Below, one piece after another: positions 25,740 to 39,079 of a DNA stretch of 64,000 nucleotides. The translations under genes were made by a program, and so were the position numbers. Source of the stretch: Malacoraja senta (taxonomy: Eukaryota); the NCBI GenBank assembly GCA_038087875.1, contig CM075993.1, forward strand, positions 7,380,001-7,444,000, in the 5' to 3' direction. How positions within the stretch are numbered: position 1 is the stretch's first letter; every line of letters begins with the position of its first letter. The notes under the pieces were generated by a model. That model made no database searches. It had not been told where the DNA came from and worked only from the letters and a program-made list of their open reading frames with translations.

Positions 25740-26974
25740 GATATGATTCCCCTCTCCCTCACCAACAGGATTTTATTTTTGTTTATTAATACATGTGTTG
25801 TTTTGTCAGCAGCTCTAACTTGATTCAAGTTGTTTGTATCTTCCGTTCCCGGCTTCTCATCAAATAAAATAGACCGCTAACACATGATATTCAGCCGGGT
25901 GTACGTTCTATTCTTGAATTTATGACGTAGGCCCTGCCTATCCGTAGGATACCGATGCCCGACTTGTGGACACACCGCTCATAGTTTGTGGGCATTTGGG
26001 AGACCTTGTCGGCATCTTCTCCTGGATGGAAACGGGGCATTTCCGAGAGCCTTCTCGTCCCACCACCTTCAATCCGCAACGGTGGGGGTCTGGGTGGGGG
26101 GGGCCAAGCAGCAGACTTTCAATGATTAGATTAGATTAGATTTTATTTGTTGTCATTTGAACCCAGAGGTTCAAACGCAATTTGGTTTCTGCAGTCATAC
26201 AAACAAGAAGAAGAACCAAGACACAACACAATTTACACAAACATCCATCACAGCGAATCTCCTCCTCACTGTGATGGAAGGCAAAGTCTTATCTCTCCGT
26301 TCTGTGTAGGAAGGAACTGCAGATGCTGGTTTGAACCGACGATAAGACACAAAAAGCTGCAGTAACTCAGCGGGACAGGCAGCACCTCTGGAGAGAAGGA
26401 ACGGGTGACGTTTCGGGTCGAGACCCTTCTTCAGACGTCAAAATTATGTTCTTACTTTTACCAGTTTTGACAAAATGATATTCCCGCCCTACACTCTGCA
26501 GTATTCCCTTTCCAATTGGATCGCCAGGTAACTTAGTAAAATGAAAAATAATTCGGTGCGAGGTGTGACAGAAACTGCCACTAACTCGCACGCAGACTCA
26601 CTTGGCCACTCACTGAGTCAGAGAGGCGGGCTGGCAGCTGCTCTTCCCACGCCCGCTCCCTCTCCCATCACCACCACCTCTGTGACCATCTCCCACACAC
26701 ACTTTTTAATTAATTTCCGACTTACGAACAGTTCTCAGGAATGGTGGGGCTACATGCTGCCACCATGGCGGAGTTGCTGCTTACAGTGCCAGAGACCCTG
26801 GTTCGATCCTGACTACGGGATGCTGGTTTAAACTGAAGATCGGCAGAAAAAGATGGAGTAACTCTGCGTGACAGGCAGCATCTCCGGAGAGAAGGAATGG
26901 GTGACGTTTCACCTTCACTTCCTCTCACCTCATCTACTGCATCTGGTGTTCCCGATGTGGCCTCCTGTACATCA

Positions 26975-27152
26975 GATGGAGCAACTCAGCAGGACAGGCA
27001 GCATCTCCGGAGAGAAGGAATGGGTGACGTTTCGGGTCGAGACCCTTCTTCAGACTGAAGAAGGGTCTCGACCCGAAACGTCACCCATTCCTTCTCTCCA
27101 GAGATGCTGCCTGTCCCGCTGAGTTACTCCAACTTTTTGTGTCTATCTTCGG
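26975..27152. mobile_element. PLE fold-back with back-to-back hammerhead-like cores
   Basis: Palindrome centre cttcag-a-ctgaag at 27054; CTGAAGA..GAAAC-GTC is readable on both strands. Confidence 0.85.
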
Positions 27153-27204
27153 AGACACTGGAGAACAGGTTAAGAACAGAGTTCAGTAACTAAATAGGAA
27201 TGGT

Positions 27205-27497
27205 GGCGGCATGGTGACGCTGCAGTACAGTTGCTGCCTTACAGCAGCAGAGACCCGGGTTCCATCCTGGCGCTGTCTGTACGGAGTTTGTACACTTCCC
27301 CTGTTACCACGGCGTTTTCCCCGGGTTTCCTCCCACATTCTAAAGATGTACAGGTTTGTAAGTTCAATGGCTTTTGGTAAAGATTGTAAATTGTCCCTAG
27401 TGTGTAGGGTGGTGCTAGTGCACGGGGATGGCTGGTCGGCGCGGACTTGGTGGGCCGAAGGGCCTGTTTCCACGCTGCATCTCTAAACTAAACTAAA
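27205..27497 (+). mobile_element. HE1-like V-SINE
   Basis: Degenerate A and B boxes, central domain, (ctaaa)n tail. Confidence 0.85.
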
Positions 27498-27660
27498 GGG
27501 CTTTTGAAATTGAATTCTGTCCTTGATTTGTGTATTGTGGTGTTTTTATATTTAATTTATTTCGATTATGTGTTTTGTATTTATGTGATTCTATGCCTTG
27601 TAAGGTGTCCTTGGGTTTTAGAAAGGCGCCAGTAAATAAAATGAATTATTATTATTATTA

Positions 27661-27852
27661 TTTCACGACCTCTGCCGAGTTTGCCCTTGACTCATACTCG
27701 CAGCATGGTCGTCACGAGGTTGTAGCAGGTCGTGATGCTAGTCGTAGGTACTCGTGGCATCAAGTAGGTCGGGGCGTTTTTTCTAGCCTGATGAAAAATG
27801 TCCTTGAGTAAAAATGGTCGTGAATTAGGTCGTGAAAGTGGGACAGATCCCT
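27661..27852. mobile_element. Truncated Harbinger-type MITE, same family as 40542-40755
   Basis: Interior closely matches the 40542 copy; only the right TIR is retained. Confidence 0.8.
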
Positions 27853-28849
27853 TAAGTCTCCTGAGGGTATAGGATCCTCCAAGTAGAACGTGTGGTAAAA
27901 AGGTAATTTAGTTTTAGGTTAATCACAAGGTCTTACTGATTGAATGCTGGAGCAAAGCTGTAGCTGCAGGCTCCCCTCCTGACGTAGAAATGAGAAATGA
28001 TTAATGTCTTGTGCTCCTGGGCTGCACACTTACTTACTACACACAGGTTAAGTACAGCTGTACTCAGTGTCTGTAATCTGTACTCCTGTCTAACAGTTAC
28101 ACAAACATTGCCCAGCTAAACCCCAAGGCCATAGGATAAAGCAATTACTTTTTTTTCTCCAAAAAATGTGTAATTAAGCAAAGACATCAATCATTTGTAA
28201 TTTTATCTACAAACCGCTGAAGTGACCTCGTTATCGTAAGGACTACAGCAGATTTACATGAATAGTTTTTGAGGATGAATGGAAAAAAATGAGAACGTGA
28301 TCCTGAAATTTAACAGACACGTCAAACGTCTTGCAATATTATCCAATTCTCAAAAGTCACTGTTGCAATGAACTCGTAGAGACAGAGTCTAAGAGCAGGC
28401 ACAGAAACAGGCCCCTCAGCCCAACTTGTCCAAGCTGATCAAGGTGCCCCATCTAAACTAGCCCCATTTGCCAGTTTGGCCCACAGCCCTCGAATCCTTT
28501 TCTATCCAAATACCTTTAGACTAAAGTTGCTGAGATACAGCGCGGAAACAGGCCCTTTGGCCCACCGAGACCGCACCGACCAATGATCACCTTGTACACT
28601 AGCACTATCCTACACACAAGGAGCAATTTACAATTTTACCGAAGCCAATTAACCTGCACGTCTTTGGACTGTGGGAGGAAACCGGAGCACCCGGAGAAAA
28701 CCCACGCGGTCCACAGGGAGAACGTACAAACTCCATACAGGCAGCACCCATAGTCAGCAACTATACCGCTATGCCTGTCCAAATATCTTTTACATGTTGT
28801 TATCAAACAATAATAATTGTCATCAATAACTGTAGAGGCCTTAAACATT

Positions 28850-29060
28850 GTGTTTAAGAAAGAACAACAGATGCTGGAAAAATCGAAGGGAGACAAAAAT
28901 GCTGGAGAAACTCAGCGTGTGAGGCAGCATCTATGGAGCGAAGGAATAGGTGACGTTTCGGTCGAGACCCTAAGCGTATCGACCCAAAACGTCACCCTAT
29001 TCCTTCTCTCCATAGATGCTGCCTCACCCGCTGAGTTTCTCCAGCATTTTTGTCTACCTT
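28850..29060. mobile_element. PLE fold-back mini-element with 14-bp TSD
   Basis: aggc(c/t)ttaaacatt at 28836-28849 and 29061-29074. Confidence 0.85.
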
Positions 29061-29477
29061 AGGCTTTAAACATTTATTGGATAAGACAAAAACAAGGAGT
29101 ACTGTATTAAAGTATTGAAAGACGCTGCCTCACCCGCTGAGTTTCTCCAGCATTTCTTTTGTCTACTTTCGATCCTAGCCCTTCCCATTGCCAGTGTGAG
29201 GCGAGTCGCAAACTGGAGCAACAGCATTTCATAATCCACTTGGGTAACTTATAACCCAACGGTATGAATGTTGAATTCCCCAAATTTAGGTAATCTCTAA
29301 CTCAGTCTCAAAGGGTCCCTACCCGAAACGTCCGAGAAAGGAATGGATAGGCAACGTTGAGTCAGCACTTTTCAATCCGCCTCTCCCCCAGTCCGAGGAA
29401 GGACCCCAACCCATAAAATGGTCAATTCCCTCCACAGATGCTGCCTAATCTGTTGAGGTACTCCTGCGCTTACAACA

Positions 29478-30248
29478 TGATACGATAGAACTTTATTTAT
29501 CCCAGGAGGGAAATTGGTCAGCCAACAGTCGTAAAACACAAGATACGTGAAACATGAAATTAAAATGACGAGCGGAAAGGATTGAGGACGTGCAAAGAGG
29601 GGGTGGGGGGGGGGGGGGGGTAGTCAGTCAGTCTACCCCATGACAGAAGGGGGAGGAGTTGTACAGTTCGATAGCCACAGGAAAAAAGGATTTCCGGTGG
29701 AGTTCTGTACTGCATCTTTTTTCCCTGTAACAGGCTGAAAGAGCGGGGCCTCCTCAAAATGTACAGCCGGCTCTGTCCCTTCTTCTACAGTGCCTTAGCG
29801 TTCCTGAACCAGTCCTGTTTACTGGTAGACAAAGGTGCTGGAGAAACTCAGCGGGTGCAGCAGCATCTAAGGAGCGAAGGAAATAGGCAACGTTTCGGCC
29901 CGAAACGTTGCCTATTTCCTTCGCTCCTTAGATGCTGCTGCACCCGCTGAGTTTCTCCAGCACCTTTGTCTACCTTCGATTTTCCAACATCTGCAGTTCC
30001 TTCTTAAACAACAGTCCTGTTTACTGTCCAGGTACACTCCAAGGTACTTGCGCTCCTGGGTAAACTGCACATCCACACCATTGATGGAGAAAGGGGACAG
30101 GGGTATTCCTCTCCTCCTTCTAACTCCTTAATCGTGTTGGAGTTGAGCTGCAGGTGAGTCGGCCCACACCACTCAACAAAGTCGTTGACTACACCTCTGT
30201 ATTCAGCTTCCCTTCCCTCACTGATGCAGCCCACAATTGCAGTCATCC
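29478..30248 (-). mobile_element. Rex1/Babar-clade LINE fragment, internally deleted and interrupted
   Basis: DDT-like AIVGCI-EGREAEYRGVVNDFVEWC-LQLN segment (ORF 30004..30303), a KYLG region and an RLY-LRR region. Confidence 0.75.
29825..30011. mobile_element. PLE fold-back mini-element inserted in the Rex1 fragment, perfect 15-bp TSD
   Basis: cagtcctgtttactg at 29810-29824 and 30012-30026. Confidence 0.9.
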
Positions 30249-30779
30249 AAAATCTTGGTGTTTTGCTCAAGATTCCAGCATCTGCAGTTTGTTGTGTCCC
30301 CATATCTAATGCTTTCCTGGCCTGACTCTCATCCTTTCTCCACTATAGATCACCTCATTCAATCTGGTCTACCCTGTCATATGCAAGCAGGCAGTCACTC
30401 ATTACTCCTTGGCTCCTTCTATTAACTGAGGAGTTGACAGACGGCTGTAGAGGGCAAGTAAGGGTATTCTTAAAGCAGAGATTGATAGGATTTTGATTAG
30501 TAAGAGCGTCAAAGGTTACGGGGAGACGGCAGGAAAATGGACAAATTGCTGGAGTAACTCCAGGGGGACAGATAGCATCTCTGGATAGAAGGAATGCGTG
30601 ACGTTTTGGTTCGAGACCCTTCTTCAGACTGTCTGGAGAGAAGGAATGGATGACACTTTGGGTTGAGACCCTTCTTCAGACTAGGACAGGAGAATGACAT
30701 AGGACAGTCTGAAGAAGGGTCTCGACCCGGCCCGTCGCCCATTCCTTCTCTCCAGAGATGCTGCCTCACCCGCTGATTT

Positions 30780-30985
30780 AGTCAAGTCAAGTCACAATTA
30801 TTTCTATAGCACATTTAAAAAAACAACTCTCGTTGGCCAAAGTGCTTTACATTGGTGGAGGTACTAACGTTATACAACAGTGGTTCATAGATTAAGTACA
30901 TACATAAATACATACATATAGCCCTCGCTCAGAGGATGTCAAGAAAAGCTTGAGAGTAAAGATGAGTTTTAAGTCTCGACTTAAG
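30780..30985 (-). mobile_element. L2 3' tail inserted in a PLE repeat
   Basis: Reverse complement of the L2 tail with (ttgac)n end. Same family at about 32843-33084, 48716-48887 and 62753-63016. Confidence 0.8.
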
Positions 30986-32254
30986 TTACTCCAGCATTTT
31001 GTGTCTACCTTCTTCAGACTTAGGCAAGAGAATGAGGCTGAGAAGGAAACTATGGATCAGCCATGATTGAATGGCGGAGCAGACCTGATGGGTCGAATGG
31101 CCTAATCCTATATTTTACGAACTTATGATTCAAGTTTAAGAACCCCTCCCAAAAACTCCTCTGCTTTCCACATGCTGCAATGCTTTAAAAAAATCCTCCC
31201 TGACCAAGGCCTTTCAATAACGCGTTCGTCAGTGTGGAATCTTAGGACACCGGGATATTTAGAAACGTAGAAAGCACCAGTGAGATAACACAAAGCGACT
31301 ATTCTGTGGAATCAGGGCACGGCATCATACCTCGGAACCATCGGTGGCAGGAGATAAGCCTTGATTTGAGAGGAAGTACAGAAAAATCTACCAGACAACT
31401 TCCATAAAGCTGGATTAGCAGGAGTAATGTCCTGCAGCAAAGGCTGGGAGATTATTTAACATATAGCAGTTGATAACAAAATGCCATTTGCGAGTTCAGA
31501 AGCTGCACTTCATACAGTACTCCCTTTATTGGTCAAATATTAAAGTATTCCGAGTCCCTTCTATTTTAATGTGCCATTTGTAATAACCAGCAATCCATCC
31601 AATTCCGGGATCACTTACAAATTCTATTTACATCTTCTCATGCAATTCATGTGCTTCAAGAATACATGTTGAATTCATACTGAATTCAAGGAGTCCTTAC
31701 ATGTCGTTGTCACTGAGAAGACCTTTCAGAATGGACAGACATGGGGCATAGATCAGTGTACAGATTATATTTCCAGAAGGAAAACAAAGAGTACTGTTCA
31801 GTTTGGAAAGGTCAGCATAGAAATGATTAACACTGTGTATTTGACTTTTTTTTGCTCCTGACTTCATGGAGAAGTTCATTTATTCACCATTACTCAGTGG
31901 AAAATGTGGAGCTCTTAATGACCCCCATTGGCCAATTAAGTTGCACAGACAGGCACAAAGTGCTGGAGTAACTCGGCGGGTCAGGCAACATCTCTGGAGG
32001 AAAAGGAATAGGTGACGTTTCGGGTCGGGACGCTTCTTCAGACTTTTAAGTTGCACAGATGCATCGTTCCATTCCAGGAATATTATGACCAGATTTCCAA
32101 CTGGACACAAATTTAGCAGCAAGACAACTTTTTACTCTGCATTTTTAGGCAGCAGCATAGGATACTGAGCAATTTAAACTGCCAAACTTAATTGTGTAAG
32201 CACGATTAATTTGATTATAGGGATGCACAAGTATAACACAATTTGTTATTATTT

Positions 32255-33164
32255 CCACCATCAATGGTGGAAAGGGTCAAGAACTTCAAATTCCCGTGCA
32301 TATTTCCGAAGATCTCTCCTGGTCCCAGAACACTGATGCAATCATAAAGAAAGCATATCAGCGCCTCTACTTCCTGAGAAGATTACAGAGAGTCGGTTTG
32401 TCAAACTTCTACAGGTGCACAGTAGAGAGCATGTTGACCGGTTGCATCGTGGCTTGGTTCGGCAACCTGAGCGTCCAGGAGCAGAAAAGGCTGCAAAAAG
32501 TTGTGACCACTGCCCAGTCCATCATCGGCTCTGACCTCCCTACCATCAAGGAGATCTATCGCAGTCGCTGCCTCAAAAAGGCTGGCAGCATCATCAAGGA
32601 CCCACACCATCCTGGCCACACACTCATCTCCCCGCTGCCTTCAGGTAGAAGGTACAGGAGCCTGAAATCTGCAACATCCAAGTTCAGGAATAGCTACTTC
32701 CCCACAGCCATCAGGCTATTAAACACAACTTCAAACAAACTCTGAACTATAACAGCCTATTGCACTTTATCTGTTTATTTATGTGTGTATATATATATAT
32801 TCTATGGTATATGGACACACTGATCTAATCTGTATTTATGACATCCCTCTTCCCATCAGAACTGCCCCCCTCCAGCAACTCTTTTAAGTCTAGACTTAAA
32901 ACTTATTTCTACTCTCAAGCCTTTCTTGAGGTCCTCTGAGGGAACGCTGTATGTATTTATGTTTGTATTGTTGATCTATGTACCACTGTTTGTAGCAAGT
33001 TAGTACCTGCACTATTGTAAAGCACTTTGGACAACGAGAGTTGTTTTTAAATGTGCTATAGAAATAAAATTGACTTGACTTGACAATATTCTGTTGTGCT
33101 GCAGCAAAGCAAGAATTTCATTGTTCTATCTGGGACACATGACAATAAACTCTCTTGACTTGAC
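32255..33164 (+). mobile_element. Rex1/Babar-clade LINE 3' end with nested L2 tail
   Basis: ORF 32296..32745 (LSW...KKAYQRLYFLRRL...FYRCTVES...DPHHPGH...LPSGRRYRS...SYFPTAIRLLN); tail gacaataaactctcttgacttgac. Confidence 0.9.
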
Positions 33165-33457
33165 GACTATTTGGTTGCTTTGCAGGAGGATATTGCAGCT
33201 AATCAGAGAAATAGAGCTTTTAATTTAGTTACTTCAGATGTGATAACATGAACATGTGGTTTTTACAAGCTGCATCCATTGTGAACTTTAAAAGCTGGTC
33301 CATACCTTTCACCCATTTACATGTCATGATGGTGAATGAAAAAACAAACATGTACAGAGACCCGACCTTGCTCTCTCACACTGTCACAGTTTCACATCTT
33401 TGTGACAAAAACAAGCAGAGAGTGCAGGGAAGATTTACCATGATCTTGTGCGTGTCA

Positions 33458-34131
33458 GCATGCAGGTACAGCAGGCAGTGAAGAAAGCTAATGGCATGTT
33501 GGACTTCATTGTGAGAGGATGAGCGTTTAGGAACAAGGAGGCCGGCCCTACTGCAGTAGTACAGGGCCCTGGTGAGACCGCACCTGGAGTATTGTGTGCA
33601 ATTTTGGTCTGCTAATTTGAGGAAGGACATTATCGCTATTGGGGGAGTGCAGCGTAGGTTCACCGGGTTAATTCCCGGGATGGCGGGACTGTCGTATGAT
33701 GAAAGAATGGGTCGATTGGCCTTGTATTCGCTGGAATTTAGAAGGATGAGAGGGATTCTTATAGAAACATATAAAATTCTTCAAGCATTGGACAGGTTCA
33801 ATGCAGGAAAAATGTTCCCGATGTTGCAGGATCCCAGAGTTACTCCAGCATTTTGTGTCGACCGTCACAGTTTAAGAATAAGGGGTAGGACAGTTAGGAC
33901 TGAGATGAGGAGACATTTTTTCACCCAGAGAGTTGCGAATCTATGGAATTCTCTGCCACAGAAGGCAGTGGAGGCCAATTCACTGGAGGTTTTAAAGTTA
34001 TATTTAGCTCTTAGGGTTAACGGAATCAAGGGATATGGGGGAAAAAGCAGGAACGGGGTATTGATTTTAGATGATCAGCCATGGCTCGAAGGGCCAAATG
34101 GCCTACGCCTGCACCTATTTTTCTATGTTTC
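33458..34131 (+). mobile_element. CR1-clade LINE 3' fragment
   Basis: ORF 33572..34159. Confidence 0.9.
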
Positions 34132-34319
34132 AATGATGTTGCCAGATTTTAAGTTATGAGGAGTGACTGCTAAGGCAGGTTCCGTTTTCCCTGGAGTGGA
34201 TGAAGTTAAAAAGGAACGTTATTGAGGCATATAAGGTTGAGGGGTATAGATAGGATAGGATAGGATAGACTGCAGGCATGTCTTCCACTTCTCAGAGGCG
34301 CATAACATTAGAGGACATT

Positions 34320-34595
34320 TGTTTTAGTTTAGTTTAGAGATACAGCGTGCAAACAGGCCCTTCGGCCCACCACATCCACGCCGACCAACGATCACCTGTA
34401 TACTAGTTCTATCGCACCATCCAAGGGGCAATGTGCAGAAGCCAATAAACCTGCACATCTTTGGAATGTGGGAGGAAACCGGAGCACCCGGAGAAAACGT
34501 GCAAACTCCGTACAGACAGTAGCCGTAGTCAGGATCGAACGAACCCAGGTCTCTGGGCGTTGTAAGGCAGCAACTCTACCGCTGCGCCACTCTGT
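34320..34595 (-). mobile_element. HE1-like V-SINE
   Basis: SINE tail, body and head in reverse orientation. Confidence 0.8.
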
Positions 34596-35427
34596 CGCCC
34601 CCATAGATTTAGAATGAGGGGCAAGAGATGTACAGGGATTTTTTAGGAGGACCTTTTTCACCCAGAGAGAGGTGGTACCTACGATGCACTGCCAGAGAGA
34701 GATGACAACAGCATTTGCGAGGTGTCTGGATAAGCATCTCAATCGCCTCGGCATCTTCCAGAATCACATGGTGCTGGAAGATGCGATTAATATGGATCAA
34801 TATGGAAGGATGTCCACACATTGGCGTAGACAAGTAGACCGACTGTCCTGTATCCTAGTCTGAAAAAAAATCCCGGCCCAAATCGTCATCTGTCCAATCC
34901 ATCTGCAGATGCTACCTATCCCCGCTGAGTTTCTCCAGTGTGGTATTTTGCTCTACATTCAGGCATCTGCAATTTCTTGTGGCTCCGTGGCCTGTTTTGT
35001 GAGTCTATGAATGACTCCATGAAATAAAATCCGAGATGAGAGGGAGACATTTACATTGTAAAGTCAGGAAAGCGAATGTGATCGCCAGAAAGAGACTGTC
35101 TGTTAAAATGGTTACATCTTACCATCACGTACAACAATGATCGTCTCTGAGAGGTGACGCGATAATGCATGCTTATTCGCGGAGAGCCAGGGAGACTAAT
35201 GTAAAAACATTTGCCACTGAGACTTATTCAAAGGAAAGCAGACTGCACCGATAACAGGTGCCTATCACTTCAGTCTGAGGTACTTCCTGTGGTTTCCCCT
35301 GATGGCTTTTTGAATAGAAGCATCTGTTGATATCCAGAGCCCAAATTTCAAACCCTCAGGCACGCAGCTTGAAAGATGCTAAACTGAACGACCTTTGGAA
35401 ATATTGCTGCAAGTAACTTCCGTCAAA

Positions 35428-36090
35428 GAGGCTTTTGGCACGTTGGCCTTCATCAGTCAGAGCATTGAGTATAGAAGTTGACAGGTCATCTTGCAGTTAT
35501 ACAAGACGTTGGTGAGGCCGCATTTAGTACAATGTGTTCAGTTCTGGGCACCATGTAATCGGAAAGATGTTGTCAAGCTGTAAAGGGTACAGAGAAGATT
35601 TACGAGGATGTTGCCAGGACTCAAGGGGCTGAGCTATAGGGAGAGGTTGAGCAGGCTAGGACTCTTTTCTTTGGAGCGCAGGAGGATGAAGGGTGATCTT
35701 ACAGAGGTGTACAAATTCATGAAAGGAATAGATCGGGTAGACACACAGAGTCTCTTGACCAGAGTTGGGGAATCGAGAACCAGAGGACATGGGATTAAGG
35801 TGAGGGGAGGGGGGAGGGTGGAGATTTAATAGGAACCTGAGGGGTAACTGCTTACATACAAAGGGTGGTGGGTGTATGGAACAAGCTGACGGAGGAGGTA
35901 TTTGAGGCAGGTACTTTCTACAGGCAATGTCTAAGAGACATTTAGTCAGGTACGTGGATAGGATAGGTCTAGAGGAATATGGGCCAAACGCTGGCAGGTG
36001 GGATTAGTGTAGATGGGATATGTTGGTCGTTGTGGGCAAGTTGGGCCGAAGGGCCTATTTCCACACTCTATGAATCTACTCTATGACTCA
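35428..36090 (+). mobile_element. CR1-clade LINE 3' fragment, second subfamily carrying the SINE-type tail
   Basis: ORF 35608..35829 (LSYRERLSRLGLFSLERRR); tail tgggccgaagggccta..tctatgactc. Confidence 0.88.
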
Positions 36091-37219
36091 CTATTGTTTA
36101 GGCATGAGACCAACATTTGTAAGTCCATCTTGGGAATGATTCCCCTAAATTCTAATACTCCACCACTGTAGTCTTGCCTATAATTCTGGTCTCCTGCACA
36201 TCCCAAATTTTGATAAGCAAATGAATGACTGCCAAAATTAGACAGGACAAAAATGCAAAGACAAATTGCAGATTCATGAGTTCATAAGTGATAGGAGCAG
36301 AATTAGGCCATTTGGCCCATCAAGGCTACTCCGTCATTCAATCATGGCTGATCAATCTCTCCCTCTTAACTCCATTCTCCTGCCTTCTCCCCATAACCCT
36401 TGACACCTGTACTAATCAAGAATCTATCTATCTCTGCCTTAAAATTATCCATTGACTTGGGGGGGCTGAGGGTGCGGGTGAAGGTGGGGGTGGGGGGTGG
36501 GCTGAGACGGTGCGGGTGAAGGTGGGGGGGTTGAGAGTGCAAAAGATGCATCTGTGATAGGGTGCAGGACAAGAGAGAGAGAGAATGACATAGGTGTATG
36601 TGGTTGTGCTTGCTGAGGGAGGGTGGTTTAGTCATCACAGTTGGTGAGGCTGGAGGTGACATGGACAGACAATACGGAACCAAGAGGAGAAAAACGTTGC
36701 AAGAACTGTGAGATACAAAAATGTTGCAGTTGCTTAAAATTTGAAATAAAAGAGAACAGTGTAAATATTCAGCAGGGTCATGCAGCAATTGTAAAGAGTG
36801 AAACCGTTTATGTTACAGCCAGTTAATCTTGTTTCTGAACTGGCTGGAAAGGTATAAACTGGAAAGGCTGGATATTTGAAATTGTTCCATTTAATGTTGA
36901 GTCATGAGAGCTTAATGTGCCTCATTGAAAGACGAGGTCACAAGAGACCGCAGAGGCTGGTGGGTGTCTGGAACAAGCTGCCAGAGGATGTAGTTGAGGC
37001 TGGGATGATACCATCGTTTAAGAAACAGTTGGACAGGTACATGGATAGGACAGGTTTGGAGGGTTATGGACCAAGCGCATACAAGTGGGACTAGGGTAGC
37101 TGGGACATTGTTGGCCGGTGTGGGCAAGTTGGGCCGAAGGGCCTGTTTCCACACTGTATTGCTCGATGACTTTATGCTGGAATCTTGAGCAAAAAACAAA
37201 GTGCTGGAGGTATGCTGCT

Positions 37220-37437
37220 CCTGTCCCACTTAGGAAACCTGAACGGAAACCTCTGGAGACTTTGCGCCCCACCCAAGGTTTCCGTGCGGTTCCCGGAGGT
37301 TTTTGTCAGTCTCTCTACCTGCTTCCACTACCTGCAACCTCCGGCAACCACCAGCAACCTCCGGGAACCGCACGGAAACCTTGGGTGGGGCGCAAAGTCT
37401 CCAGAGGTTTCCGTTCAGGTTTCCTAAGTGGGACAGG
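37220..37437. mobile_element. Harbinger-type MITE with perfect 82-bp inverted arms
   Basis: 37220-37301 is the exact reverse complement of 37356-37437; terminus CCTGTCCCAC. No clean TSD. Confidence 0.85.
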
Positions 37438-37817
37438 GGCGGGCGGGTCAGGTAGCATCTGTGGAGGGAATAGACAGACATTGATTTAGACAGCAGTAGG
37501 ACCCAAACCTGAAACATTCCCTCACACAGATGCTGCCTGACCTGCTGAGTGCCTTGTTTGTTGCAAGGTGAAGTACTGTTCCTCAAGCTCTCATTGCTCT
37601 CTTTTGGAACAACTAGAAATGTCAGGAAATACGTAGCATTAAGGCCACATCTGTGGCAAGAGAATCAGAGCTAATGTTTCAGGTCAAAGACCCTTCGACG
37701 GAACCGGGAAGGAGACAAAAGAAGCTTGTTAAAAACTGCAGGGCGGGAGGATTGGACAAATCCTGGATGAACATGGGGATAAGTTATAATAACAATGAGT
37801 GAATGGAAGTACGTTTA

Positions 37818-38112
37818 TACTTTAGAGATACTGTGTGGAAACAGGCCCTTCTACCCACAGAGTCTGTGCCCACCCAGCGATCACCATGTACACCAGCACT
37901 GTTCAACACACTGGGGACAACTTTACCATTTTTACCGAAGCCAATTAACCGACAAACCTGTACGTCTTTGGAGTGTGGGAGGAAACCGGAGCACCTGGGG
38001 AAAGCTCACGTGGTCACAGGGAGAACGTACAGAGAGCACCCGTGATCAGGATTGAACCTGGGACTCCGGCGCTGTGAGGCAGCAACTCTACCGCTGTGCC
38101 ACCGTGCCGCCC
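37818..38112 (-). mobile_element. HE1-like V-SINE, full length
   Basis: Head gggcggcacggtggcacagcgg on the reverse strand. Confidence 0.88.
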
Positions 38113-38371
38113 GTAATTAGAGAGTGAGAACATAACAGAAGGAACAAGGAACTGCAGATGCTGGAAATTTGAGCAAAATACAAAGTGCTGGAGGATCTCA
38201 GTAGGCCAGGCAGCATCTGTGGAGGGAATTGATAAGCAAAGTTTCAGGTCGGGACCCTTCTTCAGACAGATGATTGCCACAGTTGCAAAATGCAGATATT
38301 GCTTCAGTACAAGTTCTTGTTCAGTTGCCTACTGCTTTAATTCCCCATCCTACTTGCACTTTGCAGACTAA

Positions 38372-38660
38372 AGGGGCTGTCCCACTGCGGCAACCTAATT
38401 GGCGAGTTTAAAAGTGTTTGTCCTCGACTCATACTCGCGGCATGGTGGAAATGAGGCCCTAGGAGGTCTTTGTAACTCTCCTTCATGCTCGAGAGTAGTC
38501 CCCGCGTACTCGAAGCCTCAACTAGGTCGCGGCGTCTTTTTCAACATGCTGAAAAATGCCAGCGAGTAAAAAAGGGTCGCCATGGGAAAAAAAATCAACA
38601 TTTTTTTACTCGTAGGTTTAGTCGAAGTAGGTCGTAGTAGGTCGGCATGTTAGTCGTAGG
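38372..38660. mobile_element. Harbinger-type MITE left part, truncated
   Basis: TAA + AGGGGCTGTCCCAC; interior related to the 9541 copy. Confidence 0.7.
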
Positions 38661-38698
38661 AGGCGGGTTCTCAGGATGCTTTCAAGAGAGCTAGATAG

Positions 38699-39079
38699 CA
38701 AAGATCCTATAGATAGACCAATCCTGCTAAATGCAATGGGCTGACGTGTAGTACGCAACGGAGCGGAACGTGGGCCTTTTTTTCATCCATTTCCGTAACC
38801 GGACCCGACTCGCAGTGTAATCAACGTTGCGGGGGAACAGTTTGTGCTAATAAATTCAAATTCTGAAAATGAGGAGAAGATATTTACCAAATAACTTTTA
38901 TTTTTACGAGGATGTTTCCGTAACCGGCTTCCGTCTCCGCACTAGTATCCTATGGGATCTTTGGTGCGGAGATGGAAACCGGTTATGGAAATGGGGCCTT
39001 AAATTACCCATGAATCTGCCCATGACCGTACTACGTCTTTTTCGTCGAGTGGACTATCTTGCTCGCTATAGGATCTTTG
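38699..39079. mobile_element. MITE with 14-bp TIR CAAAGATCCTATAG and 8-bp TSD (P-like or hAT)
   Basis: TSD ctagatag at 38691-38698 and 39080-39087. Excision restores the CR1 tail agagagctagatagggctctt. Confidence 0.88.
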
